This document shows positions 35,142 to 43,991 of a DNA stretch of 64,000 bases, piece by piece. The number at the start of each line of letters is the position of its first letter. Positions within the stretch are counted from its first letter, which is position 1. The position numbers and the translations under genes were made by a program. The notes under the pieces are model-generated. The model worked only from the letters and a program-made list of their open reading frames with translations. It had not been told where the DNA came from and did not search any database. This DNA is from Thermoplasmata archaeon (lineage in GTDB: Archaea > Thermoplasmatota > Thermoplasmata > Lutacidiplasmatales > UBA184): NCBI GenBank assembly GCA_035625165.1, contig DASPQC010000009.1, positions 9,791 to 73,790 of the forward strand, written 5' to 3'.

Positions 35142-36287
35142 GTGCCGTCCGCCGCCGACGAGGCCGCGCTGCGGGGGACTTTGCTTCTCGAGGACGGGAC
35201 TCGCTTCGATGGAACAGGGTTCGGCGCCGCGGGCCGCCGGGTCGGCGAGGTCGTCTTCACGACCGGGATGGTCGGATATCCCGAGTCGCTCACCGACCCC
35301 TCGTTCCGCGGTCAGCTCCTCACCTTCACCTACCCGCTCCTCGGAAACTACGGGGTGCCGCCCGCCGGGGCACGTGACCCAGACGGCCTCCCCCTCCTCG
35401 AGAGCGGTGGGCTCCAGGTCCGCGGCGTGCTGGTGCGAGGAACGACCCGACCGAACCACTGGTCGAGCGACCGCTCGCTCGAGGACTGGCTTTCGGACGA
35501 GGGGATCCCCGGACTCCGCGGCATCGACACGCGTCGCTTGACCGAGCACCTGCGGTCGGAAGGGGTCGTCCGCGGCGTCCTCGATGTGGGCCCGGCGGAC
35601 CGTCCCGTCCGGGTCGAAGAGCTCCGTCGGGCGATCGCTGCGGCCCCCCGCTACGGAGACGAGCCGTTCATGAAGGAGGTCGCTCCGCGGAGGCCCGAGC
35701 TGCTCCGGCGGAACGGCGGTCCGCTCGTCGCCGTCCTCGACTGCGGGGTGAAGGCCAGCATCCTCCGGGCGTTGCTCGACCGCGGGGCTTCCGTCCTCCG
35801 ACTGCCGTACGACCATGAGGTCCCGCGCACGTGGGAAGGACGCCGGGTGAAGGGACTCCTGGTCGGGAACGGTCCGGGGGACCCGGCGCAGCTCAAGCCG
35901 GCGATCGAGGAGCTCGCGCGACCGTCCAACCGGGCCCTTCCGACCCTGGGGATCTGCCTCGGCCACCAGCTCCTCGCGCTCGCCCGCGGGGCGACCACGT
36001 TCAAGCTCAAGTACGGTCACCGCGGCCAGAACAAGACCGTCTGCTTCTCCGACGGCCGCGCGCTGATCGTGAGCGAGAACCACGGCTACGCGGTCGACCC
36101 CCGGTCGCTCAAGGGGACCGATCTTCAGGCGTGGGCGACCAACCCCGACGACGGGACCCTCGAGGGACTCCGCGACGCGGGAGGCCGGGTCCTCGCCCTC
36201 CAGGGCCACCCGGAGGGCCACCCGGGCCCCCAGGAAGCCGGGTTCGTCTTCGACCGGTTCGTGGCGAAGGTGAAGCGACGCGCATGA
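35142..36287 (+). CDS. carA: Carbamoyl-phosphate synthase small (glutaminase) subunit
   Basis: 'GMVGYPESLTDPS', catalytic Cys in 'LGICLGHQLL', and 'LQGHPE'. Confidence 0.9.
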   Translation: MPSAADEAALRGTLLLEDGTRFDGTGFGAAGRRVGEVVFTTGMVGYPESLTDPSFRGQLLTFTYPLLGNYGVPPAGARDPDGLPLLESGGLQVRGVLVRGTTRPNHWSSDRSLEDWLSDEGIPGLRGIDTRRLTEHLRSEGVVRGVLDVGPADRPVRVEELRRAIAAAPRYGDEPFMKEVAPRRPELLRRNGGPLVAVLDCGVKASILRALLDRGASVLRLPYDHEVPRTWEGRRVKGLLVGNGPGDPAQLKPAIEELARPSNRALPTLGICLGHQLLALARGATTFKLKYGHRGQNKTVCFSDGRALIVSENHGYAVDPRSLKGTDLQAWATNPDDGTLEGLRDAGGRVLALQGHPEGHPGPQEAGFVFDRFVAKVKRRA

Positions 36288-39200
36288 CGGTGTCGAAGCC
36301 CGAGAAGGTGATCGTCCTCGGGAGCGGCGCGCTCAAGATCGGCGAGGCCGGCGAGTTCGACTACTCCGGCAGCCAGTGCCTGAAGGCGCTCGAGGAGGAG
36401 GAGGTCTTTGCCGTGGTCGTCAACCCGAACATCGCGACCCTCCAGACCGACCCCCCGCGTCGCGGCCGCGTCTACTTCCAGCCGCTCGTTCCCGAGTTTG
36501 TCGCGCCGATACTTTCGGCCGAGCGGCCGGACGGGATCCTTCTCTCCTTCGGCGGCCAGACCGCGCTCAACTTGGGCATCCAGCTCTCCGACCGCGGGGA
36601 CCTCCGACGGACGGGCACCCGGGTCCTCGGGACCCCGCTCGCGGGCATCAAGGCGACCGAGGACCGGGCGAAGTTCGTCCGCGCGATGGCCCGGGCGCGC
36701 GTCCCCACCCTCCCCAGCCGCGCGGTCTACTCGGTCGAGGAGGCGCTCGAGGCGGCCGAGACGATCGGCTACCCCAGCATGGTTCGGGTCGCCTTCACGC
36801 TCGGCGGGAAGGGCGGCGGCGTCGGACGGAATCCCACCGAGCTCCAGGAGGTGGTCGAGCGGGGGCTCCGGGCGAGCCCCGTGGGGCAGGTGCTGCTCGA
36901 GCGGTACGTCGGGGCGTTCAAGCAGCTCGAGTACGAGGTCGTCCGGGACGGCCGAGGGAACGCGCTCACCGTCTGCAACATGGAGAACGTCCTCGGGATG
37001 CGCGTCCACACGGGGGACAACGTCGTGGTCGCCCCGAGCCAGACGCTCACCGACCACGAGTACCAGCTCCTCCGCCGCGCGGCGCTCCGAGCGGTCGAGG
37101 AGTGCGGGATCGTCGGTGAGTGCAACATCCAGTTCTGTCTCGACACGAAGAGCGACGAGTACTACGCCATCGAGATCAACGCGCGGCTCTCCCGGTCGAG
37201 CGCGCTCGCCAGCAAGGCGACGGGCTACCCCCTCGCCTACGTCGCGACCAAGCTCGCGCTCGGTTACTCGCTACCGGAGCTCAAGAACCGGATCACCGGC
37301 GTCACGACGGCCTGCTTCGAGCCGTCCCTTGACTATATCGTGGTGAAGCTGCCCCGCTGGGACCTGGACAAGTTCGCCCGGGCCGACCGCCGGCTGGGCC
37401 CGTCCATGAAGTCGGTCGGGGAGGTGATGGGAATCGGGGCCTCGTTCCCCGAGGCGCTGTTGAAGGCGGTCCGGATGGGCGACCCCCGCGCGGACCTCCT
37501 GCCCCCCGAGACCCCTCGCCCCGCCCCCGAGGTGTTGGCGGACCTCGCCGCGCCCACCCCGGAGGTCCTTTACCGCGTCCTCGAGGCGCTGCGCGGGGGG
37601 GTCGACCCCGAGCTCATCGCCCGGACGTCGTTCATCGACCGGTGGTTCGTGGACGCGCTCGGCGAAGTCGAGCGGGCCCATCGCGCGCTCCGCGCGGTCT
37701 CGGACGGGGAGATTCCCGCGCCGCTCCTGCGGTCGGCGAAGGAGCTCGGACTCTCGGACCGGGCGATCGGGCGCGCCGCGCAGCTGGACGAGGAGGAGGT
37801 GCGGCGACGACGGTTGGCGGCGGGCATCCGGCCGCGGGTCCGCATGATCGACACCCTCGCCGGGGAGTGGCCGGCCCGGACGAACTACCTCTACCTCACC
37901 TACCGGGCGGACGCGGACGACGTCCGTCCGATGCCCCGCGGCTCCGCGCTCGTGGTCGGTGCCGGCCCGTACCGGATCGGCTCGAGCGTGGAGTTCGACT
38001 GGTCGACCATGAACCTCGTGGACGGGCTCCGCGCCGAGGGGGTCCCGAAGGTCGCGGTGCTGAACTCCAACCCCGAGACGGTGTCGACCGACTATGACCG
38101 GTCGGACCGCCTCTACTTCGAGGAGATCACGCTGGAGCGCGTCCGCGACATCCAGGACTTCGAGGGGTTCACCGGGGTCGTGACCTGCGTCGGCAGCCAG
38201 CTCGCCCAGAACTTGACCCCGCTCCTCGCGATGTGCGGGATCCCGGTCCTCGGGACTCCCGCAGCGTCCATCGACACCGCCGAGGACCGGGCCCGGTTCG
38301 CCCGCCTCCTGGAGGAGCTCCACATCCCCCAGCCGGCCTGGCGCGCGTTCACGACCGTCGACGAGGCTGCGGAGTTCGCGGACGAGGTCGGCTACCCGGT
38401 CCTCGTGCGGCCCTCCTACGTCCTCAGCGGGCAGGCGATGCGGGTAATCGCCGGCCGTGCGGACCTCGCGCGGTTCCTCGGCGAGGCGGCCCGGATCTCG
38501 CCGGAGCACCCGGTCGTGATTACGAAGTTCGTGGAGGGGGCGGCCGAGGTCGAGCTGGACGCGATCTCGGACGGGAAACGCGTCCTGGTCGCCGGCATCC
38601 TGGAGCACGTCGAACGGGCCGGGGTCCATTCGGGGGACGCGATCTTCTGCCTCCCACCCCGCCACACTCCGCCCGCGGTCCAGGAGGAGCTCCTCGATGC
38701 GGCCCGGCGGCTCGCCCGGACCCTGGCGATCCGCGGCCCGTTCAACGTCCAGTTCCTGGTGAAGGACCGGGCGTACCAGATCATCGAGCTCAATCTGAGG
38801 GCGAGCCGGTCGCTCCCGTTCCTCACGAAGGCGACCGGCCTCCCGCTGCTCCGGGAAGCCGCCCGCGCGATGCTCGGCCGCTCGATCTCGCGGGACGGGG
38901 TCGCGCCCCTGCCGCCGGGCCGCTGGGGGGTGAAGGTGCCCCAGTTCTCGTTCCTTCAGCTCGCCGGCTCCGACCCCCTCTTGGGCGTCGAGATGCAGTC
39001 AACCGGGGAGGTCGCCTGCTTCGGGCCGACGTTCTCGGATGCGCTCGTGAAGGCGCTGGTCGCGACCGGGGTTCGCCTCGTCCCGCGGCGGGGGACGGCG
39101 TTCCTCTCGGTCGGCGGTCCCGAGCTCAAGGAGGACCTCCTGCCGGTTGCCCGCCGGCTGGGGGAGCTCGGACTCAAGGTCGCCGCGACCGAGGACACGG

Positions 39201-39607
39201 CCGCGTTCCTGACGGCGCGCGGGGTCCGGAGGGTCGAGACGCTCCACAAGGTCTCCGAACCCGACCGGCACCCGAACGTGCTCGAGGCCCTCGACCGCGG
39301 TGGAATCGACCTCCTCCTCAACGTCCCCCTTTCGTTGACCCAGGAGAAGTTCGAGCGGATGCTCGAGGACGAGTACGTCCTCCGCCGCCGGGCCGTGGAA
39401 CTCGGGATCCCGCTCTTCACCAGTCTCGAGGGGTTCGCCGCCTACGTCGAGGGGGTCGCATGGCTCGAAGAACACCCCCTCACGGTCGACTCGCTCTACG
39501 GAACGTCGGAGGGCGTGGGACCGTTCCCCGCTCCGTCCCTGTCCGGGATCCCGGTCGTTCCCCGCCGGCACCGCGGAGCCCGCCGGCGAACGCGAGCCCG
39601 TCGGTAG
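36284..39607 (+). CDS. carB: Carbamoyl-phosphate synthase large subunit
   Basis: Two ATP-grasp halves with 'GEAGEFDYSGSQ' and 'EINARLSRSSALASKATGYPLA', plus an MGS-like C-terminus. ATG 36284 overlaps the carA stop (ATGA). The 1258-aa track ORF is an upstream extension. Confidence 0.95.
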   Translation: MTVSKPEKVIVLGSGALKIGEAGEFDYSGSQCLKALEEEEVFAVVVNPNIATLQTDPPRRGRVYFQPLVPEFVAPILSAERPDGILLSFGGQTALNLGIQLSDRGDLRRTGTRVLGTPLAGIKATEDRAKFVRAMARARVPTLPSRAVYSVEEALEAAETIGYPSMVRVAFTLGGKGGGVGRNPTELQEVVERGLRASPVGQVLLERYVGAFKQLEYEVVRDGRGNALTVCNMENVLGMRVHTGDNVVVAPSQTLTDHEYQLLRRAALRAVEECGIVGECNIQFCLDTKSDEYYAIEINARLSRSSALASKATGYPLAYVATKLALGYSLPELKNRITGVTTACFEPSLDYIVVKLPRWDLDKFARADRRLGPSMKSVGEVMGIGASFPEALLKAVRMGDPRADLLPPETPRPAPEVLADLAAPTPEVLYRVLEALRGGVDPELIARTSFIDRWFVDALGEVERAHRALRAVSDGEIPAPLLRSAKELGLSDRAIGRAAQLDEEEVRRRRLAAGIRPRVRMIDTLAGEWPARTNYLYLTYRADADDVRPMPRGSALVVGAGPYRIGSSVEFDWSTMNLVDGLRAEGVPKVAVLNSNPETVSTDYDRSDRLYFEEITLERVRDIQDFEGFTGVVTCVGSQLAQNLTPLLAMCGIPVLGTPAASIDTAEDRARFARLLEELHIPQPAWRAFTTVDEAAEFADEVGYPVLVRPSYVLSGQAMRVIAGRADLARFLGEAARISPEHPVVITKFVEGAAEVELDAISDGKRVLVAGILEHVERAGVHSGDAIFCLPPRHTPPAVQEELLDAARRLARTLAIRGPFNVQFLVKDRAYQIIELNLRASRSLPFLTKATGLPLLREAARAMLGRSISRDGVAPLPPGRWGVKVPQFSFLQLAGSDPLLGVEMQSTGEVACFGPTFSDALVKALVATGVRLVPRRGTAFLSVGGPELKEDLLPVARRLGELGLKVAATEDTAAFLTARGVRRVETLHKVSEPDRHPNVLEALDRGGIDLLLNVPLSLTQEKFERMLEDEYVLRRRAVELGIPLFTSLEGFAAYVEGVAWLEEHPLTVDSLYGTSEGVGPFPAPSLSGIPVVPRRHRGARRRTRARR

Positions 39608-39657
39608 TCGGCCGGGAGTATCCCTCAGCCGCGGTCCGAGGACCGCGGGCCCGAAGC

Positions 39658-40341
39658 CTACGAGGTGATCGGGAGCTTGGTGACGGTGTACTCCGGCACC
39701 ACGGTCGACGTGTCGAGCACCTCGGCGATCCCGCGGATCCGCTCGGTCACGAAGTCGAGCACCATCCGCTTGTTGGAGGCGCTCGGCGGGAACTGGAGGA
39801 CGGCCAGCATGTCCCAGTCGCCCGTCAAGAAGTGGAGCTCCTTCACCTCGGGGAACGTCTCCAGGAGGCGGCGGATCCGGTCGAGGTCCCCGCCGCGGAT
39901 CTTGAGGTAGGTGAAGGCGCGGACGTGCTTCAGCTCGGTCGGCATCATCGCCGCCAGATTGTCCTCGGTGAACTGCGCCGCTCCCTCGAGCCGGCTCCCG
40001 AGCGGAGAGATGAGGACCGGGAACGTCTGGACGCCGCGGAGATGCTCCGCGACCAGCCGCTCCAGGCGTCCGACCTTCTCGATGTCCACCACGTGCACGT
40101 GGTAGCCGCGGCGAACGGCCAGCTCCTCGGTGAGGGCGACGCACCGCGACTGGTCGTCCGAGAGGAACAGGATCGCGTCGCCCGCGACCACCCCCGGTTC
40201 GTTCTGGTTGTGGGGGGGCGCGCCCATCACCGGCGTCGTGGTGGCGGGGCCGGCGGGGGACGTGGCGGAGGTCCGGTAGAACGTCGTGACGACCCGCTTC
40301 GACTGGACGTAGAGCGTAAGCTCGAGATGCTCGTCCGGCAT
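39658..40341 (-). CDS. Fusion protein: thioredoxin-fold-like domain (no CxxC) + Lrp/AsnC-type RAM (ligand-binding) domain
   Basis: The middle region 'AILFLSDDQSRCVALTEELAVRRGYHVHVVDIE...TFPVLISPLGSRLEG' is Trx/Grx-like. The C-terminal 'AFTYLKIRGGDLDRIRRLLETFPEVKELHFLTGDWDMLAVLQF' is the AsnC C-terminal type. There is no N-terminal HTH. Confidence 0.6.
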   Translation of the reverse strand: MPDEHLELTLYVQSKRVVTTFYRTSATSPAGPATTTPVMGAPPHNQNEPGVVAGDAILFLSDDQSRCVALTEELAVRRGYHVHVVDIEKVGRLERLVAEHLRGVQTFPVLISPLGSRLEGAAQFTEDNLAAMMPTELKHVRAFTYLKIRGGDLDRIRRLLETFPEVKELHFLTGDWDMLAVLQFPPSASNKRMVLDFVTERIRGIAEVLDTSTVVPEYTVTKLPITS

Positions 40342-40366
40342 GGTCGGTGCCCTCGAGCGGCGCGGT

Positions 40367-40378
40367 CTATTTAATAGA
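40367..40378 (-). promoter_or_regulatory. Candidate TATA box for the Trx-like/RAM fusion gene
   Basis: Near-palindromic TCTATTTAATAGA centred about 31 nt upstream of ATG 40341 on the minus strand. Confidence 0.4.
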
Positions 40379-40443
40379 ACCCGCAGAGGGGCCCCCGCCC
40401 ATCGGGCGGGGGAAAGGGTTCGGCGCGGGAAACGGGGAGGCCT

Positions 40444-40944
40444 TCAGTAGCGCTTGTAGGAGTCGGAGCGCTCCCGGCCCCCACCGCCGCCACCACCGCC
40501 ACCGCCGCCGCCACTGTAGCGGCCGCCGCCGCCGTAGCCGCCACGGTCGCGGTATCCCCCACCGCCGAACGACCGCCGCTCGCTCTCGAACTCCTGCTGG
40601 CTCATGTCGAGCGACTGGTTGATGTCGCCGATCGTCTCGGTCGACTTTGTCAGGTTCCCGTACCGGCCGACGTTGAGCCGCATGTGGCCGCGCACGAGCG
40701 AGACGTAGCCGTTGTCGACCAGAATGACCTCGTCCTTCTGGATCGACCCGATCTGCTCGTTCCACAGGGAGAGGATGATCGTGGCCGTGTCGTCGCCGAC
40801 CACGGCCTCACAGACCTTCCTCGGGTCCCCGAACTTGCCCATCACTTCCTTGGCGTCCCCGATGTTGAGGACCTTCGCAAGGACGTTCACTTGCTTCGAG
40901 TTCGGCGTCAGGTCTCGCACTTTCGTCAAGGGCTTGTCTGCCAT
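40444..40944 (-). CDS. ssb: Single-OB-fold single-stranded DNA-binding protein (Sulfolobus-SSB type) with Gly/Arg-rich tail
   Basis: 'VRDLTPNSKQVNVLAKVL', 'EAVVGDDTATIILSLWNEQIGSI' and 'RLNVG' align by eye with crenarchaeal SSB. The C-terminal tail is 'GGGGYRDRGGYGGGGRYSGGGGGGGGGGGGRER'. Confidence 0.8.
   Translation of the reverse strand: MADKPLTKVRDLTPNSKQVNVLAKVLNIGDAKEVMGKFGDPRKVCEAVVGDDTATIILSLWNEQIGSIQKDEVILVDNGYVSLVRGHMRLNVGRYGNLTKSTETIGDINQSLDMSQQEFESERRSFGGGGYRDRGGYGGGGRYSGGGGGGGGGGGGRERSDSYKRY
40477..40568 (-). repeat. GCC/ACC trinucleotide low-complexity tract (encodes the Gly/Arg tail of SSB)
   Basis: A run of ccaccgccgccaccaccgccaccgccgccgcc... on the plus strand corresponds to GGN codons on the minus strand, including 12 consecutive Gly. 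Confidence 0.6.
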
Positions 40945-41092
40945 CTCTTTCGCCTCGTTCTGCGTTCTCGTTCGCTTTCGAGGGAATCCCCAAGCGTCAA
41001 TCGTCGCGCGAACTCTCGTCGCAGAAGAAGGACGGGCAGGACGCTCGAACCGGGTTGCTCGCGGATTCCTCGGACGGCCATGGACCGCAGGG

Positions 41093-41100
41093 GGATATAA
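41093..41100. promoter_or_regulatory. Candidate TATA element between the ssb and TPR genes
   Basis: ATATAAAG (minus strand CTTTATAT) is the only strong A/T box in the spacer. It would give ssb a leader of roughly 125 nt and place a plus-strand TSS upstream of GTG 41216. Confidence 0.3.
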
Positions 41101-41215
41101 AGACGGCGTGCCGCCGGAGCGCGGCCTCGGCGGCGACCGGGGCGGGGACGACTTCTCGGTCCGCCGAAGGAACGGCAGGCTTTTCCATCCGAGCCGCCTG
41201 CGCCCACCACCGGGT

Positions 41216-41971
41216 GTGACGCAGCGTTTCGACCTCGGTGTACACTACTTCCTCCGTCGGGAGTACGAGGGAGCGGTGCGGGCGTTCCGCGACGTGGTCC
41301 GCGACGAGCCGACCAATGCCGCCGCCTGGTCCTACTACGGGATCTCGCTCGCGCATGTCGGCCAGGCCCCGGAGGCGGAGGGCGCGCTCGCCCGCGCCAT
41401 CGCGCTCGCCCCGCGGAACGGGGAGGCTTGGTTCCACTTGGGAGTCGCCCGTTCGCTCCGCGAGGAGTGGGGCGAGGCGGTAACGGCCTACCGGCATGCG
41501 GTGGCGCTGGAGCCGAACGACATGGTCGCCTGGCACCGGCTGGGAGTCGCCCTCTCGGAGTCGGGGGACGAGGAGTCGGCCTCCGCGGCGTTCGAGCGGG
41601 CCCTGGTCCTCTCGCAGGACGTGGGGCCGGAGGAGGAGGGAGCCACGGCGAGCCCCCCGCGCCGGATGGACGACCACTTGGGTGAGGTCGGCGAACGGGA
41701 GGGCGCTCGCGAAGCGAAGAGCTGGCTCGACCTCGCGCTCTCGCTGCTCTCGTTGGGGGACGAGGAGGAGGCAATCGCGGCCTACGAGCGGGCCTTCACG
41801 CTCGACCCGGAGCGGGCCCGGCGTTCGCTGTTCCGACCGATGCTCCGACTCGTCACGACGCTCGAGGGGGGAGAATCGGAGGGGGCCCCCGGTCCCTCGC
41901 CCGCCCCGGCTCCCTCGCGACCGGAGGAGCTTCGGCCCCGCCCGGTCCCACCGCGCCCTGAGGTCGGGTAA
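41216..41971 (+). CDS. TPR-repeat protein
   Basis: At least 4 TPR units ('AAAWSYYGISLAHVGQAPEAEGALARAIALAP', 'GEAWFHLGVARS...', 'MVAWHRLGVALS...'). The start is uncertain. GTG 41216 is the first in-frame start after the ATATAAAG box at 41093-41100, and GTG 41108 is the alternative. Confidence 0.7.
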   Translation: MTQRFDLGVHYFLRREYEGAVRAFRDVVRDEPTNAAAWSYYGISLAHVGQAPEAEGALARAIALAPRNGEAWFHLGVARSLREEWGEAVTAYRHAVALEPNDMVAWHRLGVALSESGDEESASAAFERALVLSQDVGPEEEGATASPPRRMDDHLGEVGEREGAREAKSWLDLALSLLSLGDEEEAIAAYERAFTLDPERARRSLFRPMLRLVTTLEGGESEGAPGPSPAPAPSRPEELRPRPVPPRPEVG

Positions 41972-42015
41972 GCGTTCCCGGTCTTCAGCGGGACACCGGT
42001 GCGATCAGGACCGGT

Positions 42016-43173
42016 CTAGCCGGGCCTGGGGGGAGCCGTGATGATCGTCTCCTCGGCCCAGCTCTTCACCTTCTCCCTCGCCTCGGCCTGGTGGCGGTAG
42101 AAGGCGTGGACCCGCTCGATGAGCTGGGACTTACACTCTCCGCAGAGGAGCTTTCCGGACCGGCATCCCTCGGTGATCTCGGCGAACTTCTGGTCGGTCT
42201 CCGCGAACCGGGTCCGCCAGAGCGCCCAGATCGAGCAGACCTCGGGGGTCGCGCCCAGACGCCGCTGTTCCTCGACGGTCGCTCGCCCGCCGGTGAAGCC
42301 GTTGCGGACCTTCCGCTCGACCACCTTCGGCGGGTCGTTCAGGAAGAGGGCGTTGTCGGCCGAGTTCCCGGTGGTCGACATCGCGGCGTCCCCCAGAAGC
42401 CCCGGAATCATCTGGCTGTGGAGCAGCGCCGGCTTCGGGTAGCCCAACCCCTCGGCGAGGTCCCGAGTGACGCGGAAGTGCGGGTCCTGGTCGATCCCGC
42501 ACGGGATGAGGCAGGGGACCGACCGGCCCTCGGCCCAGGACGGGTAGAAGCAGGGGACCGACTGGAGCGCGGTGTAGAAGACGAGCCCGATGTTCGTGCT
42601 CGGCTTGAACCCGAAGACGGCCTTCACGGTCGAGTAGGTGACCTTCTGCGCGACCCGGACCGCGAGCGGGTAGAGCGCGGAGATCGAGCGGGTGTCGAAG
42701 AAGACGTGGGTCCGCTTCGGGTCGAACCCGAGCGCGAGGATGTCGTAGAGGTTCTCCATCCCCCACTTCTCGGTCTCCTCGGGGGTGAGCCCCGAGCGGG
42801 CCCAGAACTTCTCGTCGTCGGTGATCTGGATGTACATCGGAACGCCGAGCCGCTTCTGGAACCACCGGCAGAGGTCGAACGCCACCAGGTGGGAGGTGTG
42901 GAGAGGCCCCGAGGGGCCCCGCCCCGAGTAGAGGAAGAACGGCCGTCCGTTGACGAACCCGTCCAGGAGCGGCCCCAGGTCGCGGTGGGAGTAGTAGATC
43001 CCTCGCGAGAGGAGCGGGTGGAGGTCGCCCCCGACCGTGTGGTGCACCTTCGCGAGGAGCTGCGGCGTCACCTCCTGCGTGCCGAACAGCTCCCGAAGGC
43101 GCGCGTAGTCGATCCGGCCCTTGACCTCGTATGGGGTCACCACGAACTCTTCGGTCGGCTTCGGATCCGGCAT
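42016..43173 (-). CDS. trpS: Tryptophan--tRNA ligase (archaeal/eukaryotic type)
   Basis: 'SGRGPSGPLHTSHLVAF' (HIGH region), 'IQITDDEKF' and a degenerate KMSKS 'AAMST'. Start at ATG 43173. Confidence 0.85.
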   Translation of the reverse strand: MPDPKPTEEFVVTPYEVKGRIDYARLRELFGTQEVTPQLLAKVHHTVGGDLHPLLSRGIYYSHRDLGPLLDGFVNGRPFFLYSGRGPSGPLHTSHLVAFDLCRWFQKRLGVPMYIQITDDEKFWARSGLTPEETEKWGMENLYDILALGFDPKRTHVFFDTRSISALYPLAVRVAQKVTYSTVKAVFGFKPSTNIGLVFYTALQSVPCFYPSWAEGRSVPCLIPCGIDQDPHFRVTRDLAEGLGYPKPALLHSQMIPGLLGDAAMSTTGNSADNALFLNDPPKVVERKVRNGFTGGRATVEEQRRLGATPEVCSIWALWRTRFAETDQKFAEITEGCRSGKLLCGECKSQLIERVHAFYRHQAEAREKVKSWAEETIITAPPRPG

Positions 43174-43189
43174 CCTCGGCCCCGCGACG

Positions 43190-43498
43190 CTACCCTTCCG
43201 GGAACGTGATCTTCGAGAGGATCGACTCCCGTTCCCCGAGCGGGACCCCGGCCGTGGAGAGCGCGTCCGCGACGCACGAACGCGAGTGGTCGAAGTAGAT
43301 CGTGTGGCCGCACGAGGGGCAGCTGGCCCAGCCCTGGATGAGGCGTCTAAGCCCCTCCCGCGAGGACGAGGAATCCCGTCGAGCGAACCGGTCGACCAGG
43401 ATCGCACCTCCCGCCGCGTTCTCGAGGTTGGAGAGCGGCACCCTCACCTGAGTGTTGCAGATCGGACAGCGGGCCGGGTTTCGGCAGGTGCACCCCAT
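43190..43498 (-). CDS. Small C4 zinc-ribbon protein
   Basis: 'CPICN' and 'CPSCGH' pairs. ATG 43498 lies about 31 nt downstream of a CTTTTAGG box. The gene is 16 nt upstream of trpS. Confidence 0.5.
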   Translation of the reverse strand: MGCTCRNPARCPICNTQVRVPLSNLENAAGGAILVDRFARRDSSSSREGLRRLIQGWASCPSCGHTIYFDHSRSCVADALSTAGVPLGERESILSKITFPEG

Positions 43499-43524
43499 GG
43501 TCGGTAGCGTATCTAGTGTCCCCA

Positions 43525-43532
43525 CCTAAAAG
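43525..43532 (-). promoter_or_regulatory. Candidate TATA box for the zinc-ribbon gene / trpS
   Basis: CCTAAAAG (minus strand CTTTTAGG) about 31 nt upstream of ATG 43498. Confidence 0.35.
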
Positions 43533-43590
43533 CGCCACGGTCCGCCCTTGGGGGGGATACCCTCATCCGAGAGCGCCCGTATTTCCCGTC

Positions 43591-43929
43591 GTGGGCGACA
43601 CCGCGGAGGAGGCGGCCGCCGAGCTCAAGCTCACGATGCTCGAGCTCCTCCGGCAGCTCAACCGCTCGGAGATGGAGCGGCAGGACGTGGCCGGTGTCGA
43701 GCTCGAGGAGCTGCGCTTCCTCCTCTCGAGGGCCCGGCTCCCGCAGCTCACGCTCGAGGAAGCGAAACGGGCGATGGAGGTGCTCGTCGCGAACGGCTAC
43801 GCACGGGAGCTCACCGACCCCGAGTACGCCTGGAGCCGTGGCCGGACGGTCCGAGAGCGGTTCACCATCACGACCGAGGGGAAGGAGTTCCTCCTCCACG
43901 AAATCGAGCGCACTGGGCGGGTCGAGTAG
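43591..43929 (+). CDS. Small winged-helix-like protein, paralog A
   Basis: 112 aa. 'LTMLELLRQLNRSE' and the C-terminal 'RFTITTEGKEFLLHEIERTGRVE' parallel the next gene. GTG start chosen by alignment with paralog B. Confidence 0.55.
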   Translation: MGDTAEEAAAELKLTMLELLRQLNRSEMERQDVAGVELEELRFLLSRARLPQLTLEEAKRAMEVLVANGYARELTDPEYAWSRGRTVRERFTITTEGKEFLLHEIERTGRVE

Positions 43930-43991
43930 GGCCGGTGGGTCGAGGACGAGCCGGCGTCCTTTATGTAGGGGGACCTCGCGTAGATTCCGCG

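Noticed and set aside
35831-36283. Upstream extension of carB (similar extensions: gyrA from 45929, recJ-like from 44481, asnS to 10639, PhoU-like from 25214, trpS to 43407)
   Set aside because: The extensions overlap well-supported upstream genes in other frames and are low-complexity. Conserved N-termini, ATGA/GTGA overlaps and TATA-like boxes all support the internal starts.
38233-40374. 713-aa plus-strand ORF
   Set aside because: It is out of frame with the carB 3' half and antisense to the Trx-like/RAM gene. It is Arg/Pro/Gly-rich.
40477-40568. Possible tandem repeat, CRISPR-like or mobile repeat
   Set aside because: It is a GGN codon run inside the ssb coding region. There is no spacer-repeat periodicity and no flanking cas or transposase genes.
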